In this document: positions 9,740 through 17,942 of the stretch, piece by piece | Position numbering within the stretch: the first letter of the stretch is position 1 | How the letters are laid out: each line of letters opens with the position of its first letter | Source of the DNA: Nitrospirota bacterium | Lineage (GTDB): Bacteria > Nitrospirota > Thermodesulfovibrionia > Thermodesulfovibrionales > Dissulfurispiraceae | Direction: 5' to 3' | DNA length: 64,000 nucleotides | Assembly: GCA_963790025.1 (NCBI GenBank) | Contig: CAWBMP010000004.1 | Location: 1,600,001-1,664,000, forward strand | Program-made: the position numbers and the translations under genes | Notes under the pieces: model-generated | Databases searched by the model: none | The model's input: the letters and a program-made list of their open reading frames with translations, nothing else | Told to the model about the DNA's origin: nothing

Positions 9740-9865
9740 TCATTATTTGGCTTCGCTCCAGAGAAGTATTATTCAGGCAAAAGAATTTGCGTTACCGGAA
9801 CTATAAAAAGTTATCGTGGGACACCGGAGATTATAGTGAACGATCCATCTCAGATAAAAGAATGA
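9740..9865 (+). pseudogene. C-terminal fragment of an OB-fold nucleic-acid-binding protein interrupted by the IS21 end
   Basis: Translates SLFGFAPEKYYSGKRICVTGTIKSYRGTPEIIVNDPSQIKE* with no start codon; begins right after the IS end. Confidence 0.65.
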
Positions 9866-9944
9866 GTGCTTAAGAAGCATCACAAAATAAGGAGCATTTG
9901 CTGGCATTTTCTAATTCATAGTGGCACAATGGACCGGGGATAGG

Positions 9945-10646
9945 TCAATCATAAAGTACTTTTTTGATCTGTTCGTAATTACTTTGTGCTATCTCATTCT
10001 CGCGCAGTTTCTGTAGTATCACTTCGCGGCCGAATTTAAATTTACTTCCTTCCTCATCTTGGACATAATTTTGATTCTTGGCCGCCGCATCCAGACAGAC
10101 TAAATCCATCCTTATTTTTTCGGGCTTCCTTAGTCCATATTCCTTTGCCAAGCCAAGTAACTTATCAAAATTAGTTGTTGTAAACCTTTTTTTTGTATCC
10201 CAAGAAGATAAAAGAGATTGACCGAGTTCATAATAATATTCATTTGAAAATTCCATATTTTTTATCAGAGCTTCAACATCACTTTTTTTCATTCTACTGC
10301 TAGTGCGTTCATTATATTCCTTGAGGACACCTTTCAGGTCTGCAATATCGTTTTCGGTTAGCGCCTCGACTTGAGCTTTTGAGAATATTCTAGAAGTTAT
10401 ATCGATTTCATTTGTAGTGAGCTTGGGATAATCAGTTGGTTCAGTCGTTGGTTTACCAGCAAACACGTAGTAGGGCCATACGACCGCTTTAGCTGTAGCG
10501 ACAATCTCTCCAAAAAACACCCATTTTACGACACCATTCTCTCGTGCATAGCGCCAATTATATATAGGAATAAATATTAATGAAGCTATAGCAAAATATA
10601 TTACTAAAAGCCCAATCGCGATTTTACCTAAAGGATTGTTATTCAT
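9945..10646 (-). CDS. hypothetical membrane-anchored protein
   Basis: 233-aa ORF with AAGGAG RBS and N-terminal TM segments. Confidence 0.75.
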   Translation of the reverse strand: MNNNPLGKIAIGLLVIYFAIASLIFIPIYNWRYARENGVVKWVFFGEIVATAKAVVWPYYVFAGKPTTEPTDYPKLTTNEIDITSRIFSKAQVEALTENDIADLKGVLKEYNERTSSRMKKSDVEALIKNMEFSNEYYYELGQSLLSSWDTKKRFTTTNFDKLLGLAKEYGLRKPEKIRMDLVCLDAAAKNQNYVQDEEGSKFKFGREVILQKLRENEIAQSNYEQIKKVLYD

Positions 10647-10680
10647 ATTTATCTCCTTATCTCAAGTTACTGACAGGTTG

Positions 10681-11052
10681 TTATTTTCTACTAAAGAAAT
10701 AAAGAAATACAAATACAGCTATGATCAGTAGATAGCCGCTGCCCTTTGCCCATGAAATATACGGGTCAATATCTGAGTCATCTTTTCCGCGTGTTGGGAA
10801 GTGAAAAAACCACGCACCACATCCAATAATAATCCCCATCCCCAGGATAGGATTTAGAATATCGTTTAATGTGAGCTGTGCAAGTGGAATATCGCCAATG
10901 CTGCGAGGATTAGGATTTACAAAGTTGTAGCCGACATAGCCAAGTGTAGCAATGAAAAGCGCCCTGAAAATCATTCCCCATATGTGCTGAGCTTTTACAA
11001 TGAAACTATCCCAAGAGAATTTTGTCTTTCTTTCCGTTCCGTTCTCAGACAT
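10681..11052 (-). CDS. hypothetical membrane protein (about 3 TM)
   Basis: 123-aa ORF with three hydrophobic segments, co-oriented with 9945-10646. Confidence 0.7.
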   Translation of the reverse strand: MSENGTERKTKFSWDSFIVKAQHIWGMIFRALFIATLGYVGYNFVNPNPRSIGDIPLAQLTLNDILNPILGMGIIIGCGAWFFHFPTRGKDDSDIDPYISWAKGSGYLLIIAVFVFLYFFSRK

Positions 11053-11282
11053 TCTCTTTGCCCCGCTATGGTTATGATGCTAACAGCATACATTCCCGGA
11101 AAAATTATTGCAAGGCTTTTTCTCATAGATACTGGGCAGAGTATTTCATAGATACCCCCGCTCAAAATGACGGTGTAAGAGCCATCCTTGTTTTATCATC
11201 TCCGGAAAAGCATACTTGTGTTAAAATGGCTCATCTGCTTACTATTCCTCGTTCCCTCTCTTATTCATATAGCACTCTCTAT

Positions 11283-11486
11283 TCAAAAGCGCAACAGTTT
11301 AGCAAAGGGCTCCTGCGCCGTGTCCACCGTGATACTAGCATCCCTGTCGTCGGAACGATAGGCGACAATACTTCCATCGTGCAGTCGCTCAATAATAATA
11401 CTGTGGGCGCGGCATCTAGCCTGAAACGTATAGGAGTTATGCGTGTATTCGAGGATTAACCGGAGATTTTCGAGCATCATAGACAT
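11283..11486 (-). CDS. small hypothetical protein
   Basis: 67-aa ORF co-oriented with its neighbours; no clear RBS or motif. Confidence 0.35.
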   Translation of the reverse strand: MSMMLENLRLILEYTHNSYTFQARCRAHSIIIERLHDGSIVAYRSDDRDASITVDTAQEPFAKLLRF

Positions 11487-11525
11487 GGGGGAATATTATA
11501 TAACCAGGTTTGATTTCCTGTAAAG

Positions 11526-12813
11526 GTCGCTCTATCAACTGCTCCTCACAGGAACACGCACGGGGCGGCGATAATTCGACACTGAATATTTCTACCGGCA
11601 ATCAGCGTCGGCCGATACCTATCAGCAGTAGCAGTCTCGTGGCAAACATGATAGAATTGATCCCACTGGTCCCGTAAGCATTACAATTTTCCATAGGCGT
11701 GAAGTAGACGTGCTGTGTCCTGACCATCAATTATGAGGAAGTGAGCTTTCTTGCCTGTTACATGGAGGGCAGAAACCTTTCCTTGTACGTCCGTAATAAG
11801 CGCATCTGCTATAGGTCCAACATATTGTACGACGAAAAGGTCCGCTGGCGCTGTGAAGAGACGTATGATCTGGTCACCGTTCTTTCCACAGTCGGCAATC
11901 GTCATCTCCTTTTGTCCAATACCCGGCCCCTTTAGCAGAAAGGCGGTAGCACGTCTGGCGCCAGCAACCACGACGTTTGCAGTGTAAAGGTCATTAATTT
12001 CACCACCCCAGTCTTTCTTGTGGAAAGGAACGCCAAGTATTTCCTCCAAAGCTCGCTGCACTTGGTCTTCAGACAAACGAACGAAGCCATTTTTTAGCAA
12101 TCCAAAAACTAAAGCGGGGTTCACGTCCCTGACTTTCTGAAAGCTATCGATGTCCTCAACATAAAGACGATCTTGAATTGGGAGGTCCGTATACTGCTGT
12201 AGTGAAGTCTTTCTTATTGTCTCTAGCCCGCGAATATAGTGGCCGCATTTACGTAACATGCTATTATATTTGTACTCTGCTATTGTTACTCCCCTTACGG
12301 CTCCAAGGGGAATATCTGGATTACGAAATAAATTTACTTCAAGTTCTGAAGGGAAAATAGACGTCAATTTGGCAATTATTTCTTCCATCCATTGGGAAAT
12401 CAATTCTTCGTACCGTAAGTAATCGATGCTTTCGCTGTAGTCTCCGGTTTGTTGTTTCACTGCATAATCTTTTTCGATTTCTATTTTTAAGGCATATCCG
12501 CGGTTAATTAATGTAACAATGTCTTCATTTGCCGACACCATTGGCATTTTGAGTCTCACGCTTACTCTCCTTCATAAGGCTATGGATTAGCGCCTAAATG
12601 GGTATTCACAATAAGTATAACCCCTAATCAGCAGAATTTTCTTCCACCTTTTTGAGTACTCGTAGGTTAAGGCTTCTGCCGAAGAGTCCGCTTCGTTTAG
12701 AAAACTTCTATATGCTATGCACAAGTTGATTTTCTCACTTACGAATGGAAAGTCGCGGAGAGCAGTTTCCAAGAAGAGTCGCTCTCTAATAGCCCCAAGT
12801 CCTCACAGGAACA
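11526..12813. repeat. bipartite direct repeat flanking the nuclease gene
   Basis: GTCGCTCT at 11526 and 12778, each followed after 9 or 14 nt by an exact TCCTCACAGGAACA (11543-11556; 12800-12813). Confidence 0.6.
11681..12559 (-). CDS. putative restriction-endonuclease-like (PD-(D/E)xK-type) nuclease with helical N-terminal domain
   Basis: AAGGAG RBS with GTG start; C-terminal E...DWGGEINDL...AFLLKG...DQIIRL...IIDGQD pattern resembles Mrr-like nucleases. Confidence 0.6.
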   Translation of the reverse strand: MRLKMPMVSANEDIVTLINRGYALKIEIEKDYAVKQQTGDYSESIDYLRYEELISQWMEEIIAKLTSIFPSELEVNLFRNPDIPLGAVRGVTIAEYKYNSMLRKCGHYIRGLETIRKTSLQQYTDLPIQDRLYVEDIDSFQKVRDVNPALVFGLLKNGFVRLSEDQVQRALEEILGVPFHKKDWGGEINDLYTANVVVAGARRATAFLLKGPGIGQKEMTIADCGKNGDQIIRLFTAPADLFVVQYVGPIADALITDVQGKVSALHVTGKKAHFLIIDGQDTARLLHAYGKL

Positions 12814-12969
12814 AACGCCTCAAAGCGTCTCTAGGATTCTGCGGAGTACAACAGATAATTGCTTGAGAAGCGACCACGATCCTTACATGCTGTAAAGATA
12901 TTCCTTAATCTGAGAAGTGTCCCTGAGTTTCTCTCTTTATGGACAAGCCGCCAACATAGCACTCTTGCT

Positions 12970-13467
12970 TCAGTACCATAAAACAACGGCGGCGATTGCA
13001 GTTGCTATTTTCTTAACCTCATGTTCAACTGAAACGCTCATGATAGAGGCAACAGCTTCACGGCGCATCTTCATGGCCTCCTGAGCCATCCGTTGTGTGA
13101 TGCGTTCAATATCCTGTTTCCTTCCTCGTGAGGAATATTCCATGATGACTCCTGGTTTGCTCTTATCTTGTGGCAAAGCAACAGCTACGGCTGCAGAAAT
13201 AAATTCATGTTCTAAGTCGGATGTAATCGCAGCATAGGCTACAGGTACCAATGCGCCATAGGGCAATCTAATAGGTTTGACCTCACAGCAATTGGGCGGG
13301 ATTATACTGCTTATTTTGACAAGGTTTGAATTACCAATCCCTGCATTTAATAAGGCTCCATCGAAAGAATTGAGTTCCGTGTAACCTTCAGCGCTACCAA
13401 CTACCATAAAGAATTTGTTTGGTGTTCCATAAATGACTCCTTCAAGAGAATTGCCTATTTTTTTCAT
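12970..13467 (-). CDS. pdaD: pyruvoyl-dependent arginine decarboxylase
   Basis: LNSFDGALLNAGIGNSNLVKISSIIPP contains the Ser-Ser autocleavage site; GVIMEY; C-terminal AAVVLW. Confidence 0.9.
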   Translation of the reverse strand: MKKIGNSLEGVIYGTPNKFFMVVGSAEGYTELNSFDGALLNAGIGNSNLVKISSIIPPNCCEVKPIRLPYGALVPVAYAAITSDLEHEFISAAVAVALPQDKSKPGVIMEYSSRGRKQDIERITQRMAQEAMKMRREAVASIMSVSVEHEVKKIATAIAAVVLWY

Positions 13468-13490
13468 GAAGTCACCTAATCAAATAACCT

Positions 13491-15095
13491 TCAAAATTTA
13501 TTCAGCTTAGGACGTATCTCTTCTTTGCTTATCGTCAAAGCATATATGGGATAGATATTCTCACCAAAGCGCTCATCAGCAACATGTTTAAATCCAAAAT
13601 ACTTACATAATCTCACTCCAACTTCCGTGATCGGAGAAGTAGCTACATACTTGGCATGTTCGAGCAGATAGTTTCCAACAGATCTGATTAAGAAACTACC
13701 CGCCCGCGAAGCGCCCCGTGAAGGGATAGTTGCAACAACTTCCAGAAAGAAATAATCCGTATCCTCATCTCTCAAAACCCCTAATTCAGAAAGATCAATA
13801 TCTGCAGATACGTCGCTGATAGAACTAATTACTCCTGCTAAAATGCGTTCAAATAGTGCCTTTTTAATGGGAACCAATGTCGCATAACCTAAGACCCAAT
13901 TTTTTTCGTCGCGAATTACCCAAAACACCCGCGGGTTATATGCATACCATCGTTTTAAGCTAGCAACAGAGAACACATGCCCATAGCCCGGGAAATTCCC
14001 CCATTCAATTTGCAGAATGCTTGATAATTCATCCTCACGAGCTAAATCAAAAGTGAGTTCACCGTGTATTTCGCGGTCTAATTTACTATATTCATGGTAG
14101 AGATAATCAGTGCCATGATCTTTTTCAATCTCGCAACTGAGAGGGCACCCTCCTCCACAGCGATCAAAATCATTACAAATCTTGCACCTTCCCGGCAAAT
14201 ATTCTCTATTTCTAAATGATTCGAGTATCTCAGAAGTATTCCAAATCTCCAGAAGCGGCCGTTCCAAAATATTGCCCAAACGATATCGTGGATCAGCCCC
14301 ACAACGAGAAAGAGCTCCTTCTATATTTACTGACGCAATTGATATACCCCACTTGCAGGGCGTCATATATTTCTTTAGTTCATTAGGAAGAATGCATAAT
14401 GGAAAGGGGTCTTCAACGGTTATTCTTATTCCAAGTTCTTTGTCAATTCTTTTGATGTCATTTAAAGACTGCTCTGCTTGTTGCCTTGTTAGCGTGAAAT
14501 TTGATGAGCCCGCTGCTCTGCCGAATGGAACTATTCTTTGCACAATGATGTAATTCAATTTCACTTTCTCTACGTTGACAATCCTATTAACTAAATCGAA
14601 GATTTTATCACTGATAGTGGGGAGAATATTAATAGCTATTCCTGTTTCCCGCCCAAGTCCTGACAATCTTTTCAATCTACCAATCACTGCCTGATATGCC
14701 CCCTCCCGGCGACAAAACTGATCATGGAGTCTGGGCTCGACATGGTGAATAGTGGTCTCAAATGCCGAGATATATTTTGCCGCCTCCTCTAAGGAAGAAT
14801 TTGGAAACAGTAAGGTATTTGATAAAATCGACACACGAATGCCATACGATTCAACAGCATACTTGGCGAGTTCTACGGCATGAGGATAGGCGCCAGGATC
14901 GCCGCCAAGCAACATAATGTTTTTGACTTTAGCAGAGCCGAGGGCGTCTACAACCTTTGTCGCTTTTTCTAGTGGAGGATGCTTCGGCTTGGCGGAAACA
15001 TCGTCGCCCGCATAACAAAAGGGACATTGATGAGAACAGACATAGGTAACGTGGAAGGCGACCGTATCAACGTGGTATTTATAGTCATCGGCCAT
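13491..15095 (-). CDS. radical SAM/SPASM protein fused to a C-terminal GNAT-like domain
   Basis: CSHQCPFC (CxxxCxxC) and LLGGDP; SPASM cysteines CKWG..SRC..GN..CKIC..RCGGGC; the last ~190 aa show a GNAT-like pattern (LGYATLVP, LEVVAT..SRGASRAGSFLI, GVRLCKYFGF). Confidence 0.85.
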   Translation of the reverse strand: MADDYKYHVDTVAFHVTYVCSHQCPFCYAGDDVSAKPKHPPLEKATKVVDALGSAKVKNIMLLGGDPGAYPHAVELAKYAVESYGIRVSILSNTLLFPNSSLEEAAKYISAFETTIHHVEPRLHDQFCRREGAYQAVIGRLKRLSGLGRETGIAINILPTISDKIFDLVNRIVNVEKVKLNYIIVQRIVPFGRAAGSSNFTLTRQQAEQSLNDIKRIDKELGIRITVEDPFPLCILPNELKKYMTPCKWGISIASVNIEGALSRCGADPRYRLGNILERPLLEIWNTSEILESFRNREYLPGRCKICNDFDRCGGGCPLSCEIEKDHGTDYLYHEYSKLDREIHGELTFDLAREDELSSILQIEWGNFPGYGHVFSVASLKRWYAYNPRVFWVIRDEKNWVLGYATLVPIKKALFERILAGVISSISDVSADIDLSELGVLRDEDTDYFFLEVVATIPSRGASRAGSFLIRSVGNYLLEHAKYVATSPITEVGVRLCKYFGFKHVADERFGENIYPIYALTISKEEIRPKLNKF

Positions 15096-15107
15096 GCTTT
15101 ATATCCT

Positions 15108-15677
15108 TTATACGCCAGTCGGCTTATTGAGCAATTTAATGACTTCTTTTAAACTCAGTACGATAAACGCACTCGTGATAATCCACAATATAATAACTCC
15201 GCTAATCGGTTGTGCACTGAATCGCCAAAATCCTATCAATGCTAAAAATAGACCCATTACGTCATAAATGATGATCGATGTTATTCGGTTTTCTTTAGGA
15301 ATAAAAATCAGATCCCAAAGTATGAAGATACAGTGCATAACGATGAAACCAGTGTAGAACAGCTGTATAGTCCCAGAAGTTTTTAGTCCATCCATTAAGC
15401 TCTTATAGGATAAAAATAAAAAAAATAGAACTATCAAATCAGAAATAAAAAGCTTATATGTGTAAACGCTCTTGGAAACATATGTGTACATATAGTCAAG
15501 GGAAAAGTTAACAACAATACCTACTGAAGCGATCACATAAATAACTTTACCAAGACCTTCACCAATATGAGAAAAATCATCTAAAAGGTTGTAAAATAAC
15601 GTACCAAGGATGGCTGGATATAGCAGAGACGTCATTAAGATATACGGCATTGAATTGCATTGATTTGAATTATTCAT
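15108..15677 (-). CDS. hypothetical polytopic membrane protein (about 6 TM)
   Basis: 189-aa, highly hydrophobic, AT-rich; ends 12 bp upstream of the radical SAM gene. Confidence 0.8.
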   Translation of the reverse strand: MNNSNQCNSMPYILMTSLLYPAILGTLFYNLLDDFSHIGEGLGKVIYVIASVGIVVNFSLDYMYTYVSKSVYTYKLFISDLIVLFFLFLSYKSLMDGLKTSGTIQLFYTGFIVMHCIFILWDLIFIPKENRITSIIIYDVMGLFLALIGFWRFSAQPISGVIILWIITSAFIVLSLKEVIKLLNKPTGV

Positions 15678-15752
15678 AGTACTGATAGGGAGTATTCTAA
15701 TCTTCTACTCTGAGCTTAGAAAGCACCTCCTCAGAATGATACAGCATACTTG

Positions 15753-16316
15753 TCATTCACTGCTAAGCGCTTCATAAAGTTTATTGGCTGATTTCTTACA
15801 ACTTGTTAAAATTTCTGGAAAGTTTGAAATTAAATCATCCTTGTTTAGGCAACCCTTCGCAGTCACAATATCAACAATATCAATTCCGGCATTTTCGCAG
15901 AAATATTTTACAGAATCAGCCGCCAATTTAATACTTTCGGCTTCTTCGCCTTCAGTTTGTCCTACAGCAAAAATGATAGCTTTTTTTCCCTTTAATGTTT
16001 GAGGTGCTGCCAAAGGATTTAAGCGATCAAAAAAGACTTTCAATTCCCCAGAAAGCAAGCTCCATCTCGCTGGCGTGCCAAAAATAAAAGCATCCGCCCG
16101 AGCCACGTCTGGTAAAAGCTCACGCATATCATCATCTTTTACACATTTGCCTTCGGCGTCACACTCTAGACACCCATCGCATACTTCCAATTTGACATCC
16201 CGTAAATGAATTAATTCAACATCACAATCTTTTGCTGTCAGCTCATGAGTTGCTGCTTCCACCATTGCGTATGTATTACCCCTTCTTGAGCTACCTACAA
16301 TTGCCAATACTCTCAT
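15753..16316 (-). CDS. iron-sulfur flavoprotein / multimeric flavodoxin (Isf-like)
   Basis: GSSRRGNT FMN loop; CDGCLECDAEGKC (CxxCxxCx5C); ADAFIFGTP; KVFFDR. Confidence 0.9.
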   Translation of the reverse strand: MRVLAIVGSSRRGNTYAMVEAATHELTAKDCDVELIHLRDVKLEVCDGCLECDAEGKCVKDDDMRELLPDVARADAFIFGTPARWSLLSGELKVFFDRLNPLAAPQTLKGKKAIIFAVGQTEGEEAESIKLAADSVKYFCENAGIDIVDIVTAKGCLNKDDLISNFPEILTSCKKSANKLYEALSSE

Positions 16317-16365
16317 TTTGCCCCCCTATAGTAAAGGACTGTTAAACATCTTGTATTGATTCAAT

Positions 16366-16393
16366 ATTATAGGTTAATGTCAGGTTAATGCAA
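16366..16393 (-). promoter_or_regulatory. sigma70-type promoter of the flavoprotein-to-pdaD operon, overlapped by an 11-bp-period direct repeat
   Basis: Minus strand TTGCAT-N16-TATAAT; CATTAACCT occurs twice (16390-16382 and 16379-16371). Confidence 0.6.
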
Positions 16394-16480
16394 TAGCTGG
16401 GCAAACCCCTGGGAAACACTATATTAAATGCTCCACCCTGTTCAGCATTCGTATATTTCTCTCCCATTAAGATTTGGAAG

Positions 16481-17032
16481 TCAAACCGTTATCTTCTTCC
16501 TGTCAAAGTTTCTTAAAAATGGGTGCATATATTTATTATTGGATTTATCTTTTATCAAGACTTTCCAATCATTACCTGTAATAAACTTACGACAATTCTT
16601 ATTTTTGCATTTACAACGCATTTCAAATTTTGGATTTGATTCTATAAGACCATAGTCATAAGTTAACTCTTCGCCTTTTTTAATGTTTTTAATTGCAATA
16701 AAGTCCCCATTATTATTAAATCCGAGGTTACCCTCGCATGAGTGGTTAAAATACCATTCAATTGATAACTTATTGAAATCTAAGTTTTCTGGCGGGATAA
16801 ATCCTTCAGGAGTTCCAACACAAAAAGCCATTACTTTATTTTTAACGGCACTATCTAAATGAACATATTCTTTCCAGGACATCAGATGGTTAAAGTCATT
16901 TACTTTCAACCCTTCAGCAACCTTTTGCCCTTTTTTAATATTAGTAACCGCAAAAACGCCAACGCCACCTTTATGAATAAGAGAAGGCTTTAATTCGAGT
17001 AACACTTTAACAATGTTTCTTTGATTTTCCAT
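16481..17032 (-). CDS. SET-domain lysine methyltransferase with post-SET motif
   Basis: GVGVFA..IKKG, FNHSCEGN, GEELTYDY, and post-SET CKCKNKNC. Confidence 0.9.
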   Translation of the reverse strand: MENQRNIVKVLLELKPSLIHKGGVGVFAVTNIKKGQKVAEGLKVNDFNHLMSWKEYVHLDSAVKNKVMAFCVGTPEGFIPPENLDFNKLSIEWYFNHSCEGNLGFNNNGDFIAIKNIKKGEELTYDYGLIESNPKFEMRCKCKNKNCRKFITGNDWKVLIKDKSNNKYMHPFLRNFDRKKITV

Positions 17033-17684
17033 AACACTCAGATTTCTTAAATTTTTCTATTTCGTTATCAAATTTCTTTTCTATATCCCACATGCTCTCC
17101 AAAGAATGCTCTTTCTTTTCTTTTCGGAGACGAAACTCGATTGGTAATAATTCGTCATACATATCTTGAATATCCTCATATAACGTCTTATCGTCACCCC
17201 ACTTTTTTCTGATTTCTCGAATTGCTTCGTTAGTATAGTGATAATATCGCATAACGTACCATCCGATAGTTGCCCACACAAGCTCTTCTTTTAATACTCC
17301 ATTTTCATAATAGGAGGCTATCCTTTCTAGAAATTCTATAACTCGCTCAACTTTATTTAAATTATCATCGCTGAAACTCGTCATAGGCAGAACTGAACAC
17401 AACTCACATCTGGCGTTTCTCATGTCTTCACTGTTCCACTCTTTGTATAATTCTGTCAAAGTTTGTAATTCTAATTGTTTTTGAAGCTGTTTTCCCTGCC
17501 ACACAATTACTGCTGCAGTAATAAGCGTCAACAATAAGGTCGCCCACGCAGCATAGTCTACATCTAACTTTCGATTGATAAGTGCAGACCTCACTAGAAA
17601 ACCGATTATAAAGCCAGATCCCGACAAACAAAGCCAGATGACCCAATTGTGAAATGTTTTTATCTTATAAATAAAAAGTTTCAT
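17007..17684 (-). CDS. DUF4760-like membrane-anchored protein
   Basis: Two N-terminal TM segments, then EWNSEDMRNAR...VIEFLERIASYYENGVLKEELV; overlaps the SET gene start by 26 bp. Confidence 0.7.
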   Translation of the reverse strand: MKLFIYKIKTFHNWVIWLCLSGSGFIIGFLVRSALINRKLDVDYAAWATLLLTLITAAVIVWQGKQLQKQLELQTLTELYKEWNSEDMRNARCELCSVLPMTSFSDDNLNKVERVIEFLERIASYYENGVLKEELVWATIGWYVMRYYHYTNEAIREIRKKWGDDKTLYEDIQDMYDELLPIEFRLRKEKKEHSLESMWDIEKKFDNEIEKFKKSECYGKSKKHC

Positions 17685-17942
17685 ACTGCGCGGATCTTTC
17701 CTATTGCGGTTTTATCATTTATCACAAATTCTCCTGATAATATACACCTTTATAAAGCAATATGAAAGAGTTCGTTGCATGAAGGACTGGAAATGACCAA
17801 GGCTGCATGCACGACGCACGGTTATAACCGGTAACCAATGGTGTTGCTGAGATGTCCGAGGTGTTTAGTATCAGGTGGACCCCGGATCGGAACCGATAGG
17901 TTCCCCATGCTATATTAGATGCCACAGATAATTGATTCAAAC

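Noticed and set aside
9816..9830. GGGACACC motif as another RAYT-associated end
   Set aside because: It is explained as coding sequence (YRGTPE) of the OB-fold gene fragment
11526..11600. Group II intron 3' end (minus strand TTCCTGTGAGG...GCGAC resembles the DV/DVI junction)
   Set aside because: Neither repeat copy has a recognisable domain V hairpin with a catalytic triad, and there is no RT fragment
12587..12772. 61-aa ORF as a RiPP precursor for the SPASM enzyme
   Set aside because: TTG start without a clear RBS, about 200 bp from the operon end, and no leader/core pattern
16684..16704. TGT...TGCAATAAAGT on the plus strand as the opposite transposon end
   Set aside because: Single site, different spacing from the TGT, no CCTAT flank, and it lies inside the intact SET coding sequence
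9945..17684. Integron cassette array (many co-oriented foreign genes)
   Set aside because: No integron integrase, and no RYYYAAC...GTTRRRY attC structures recognised between the genes
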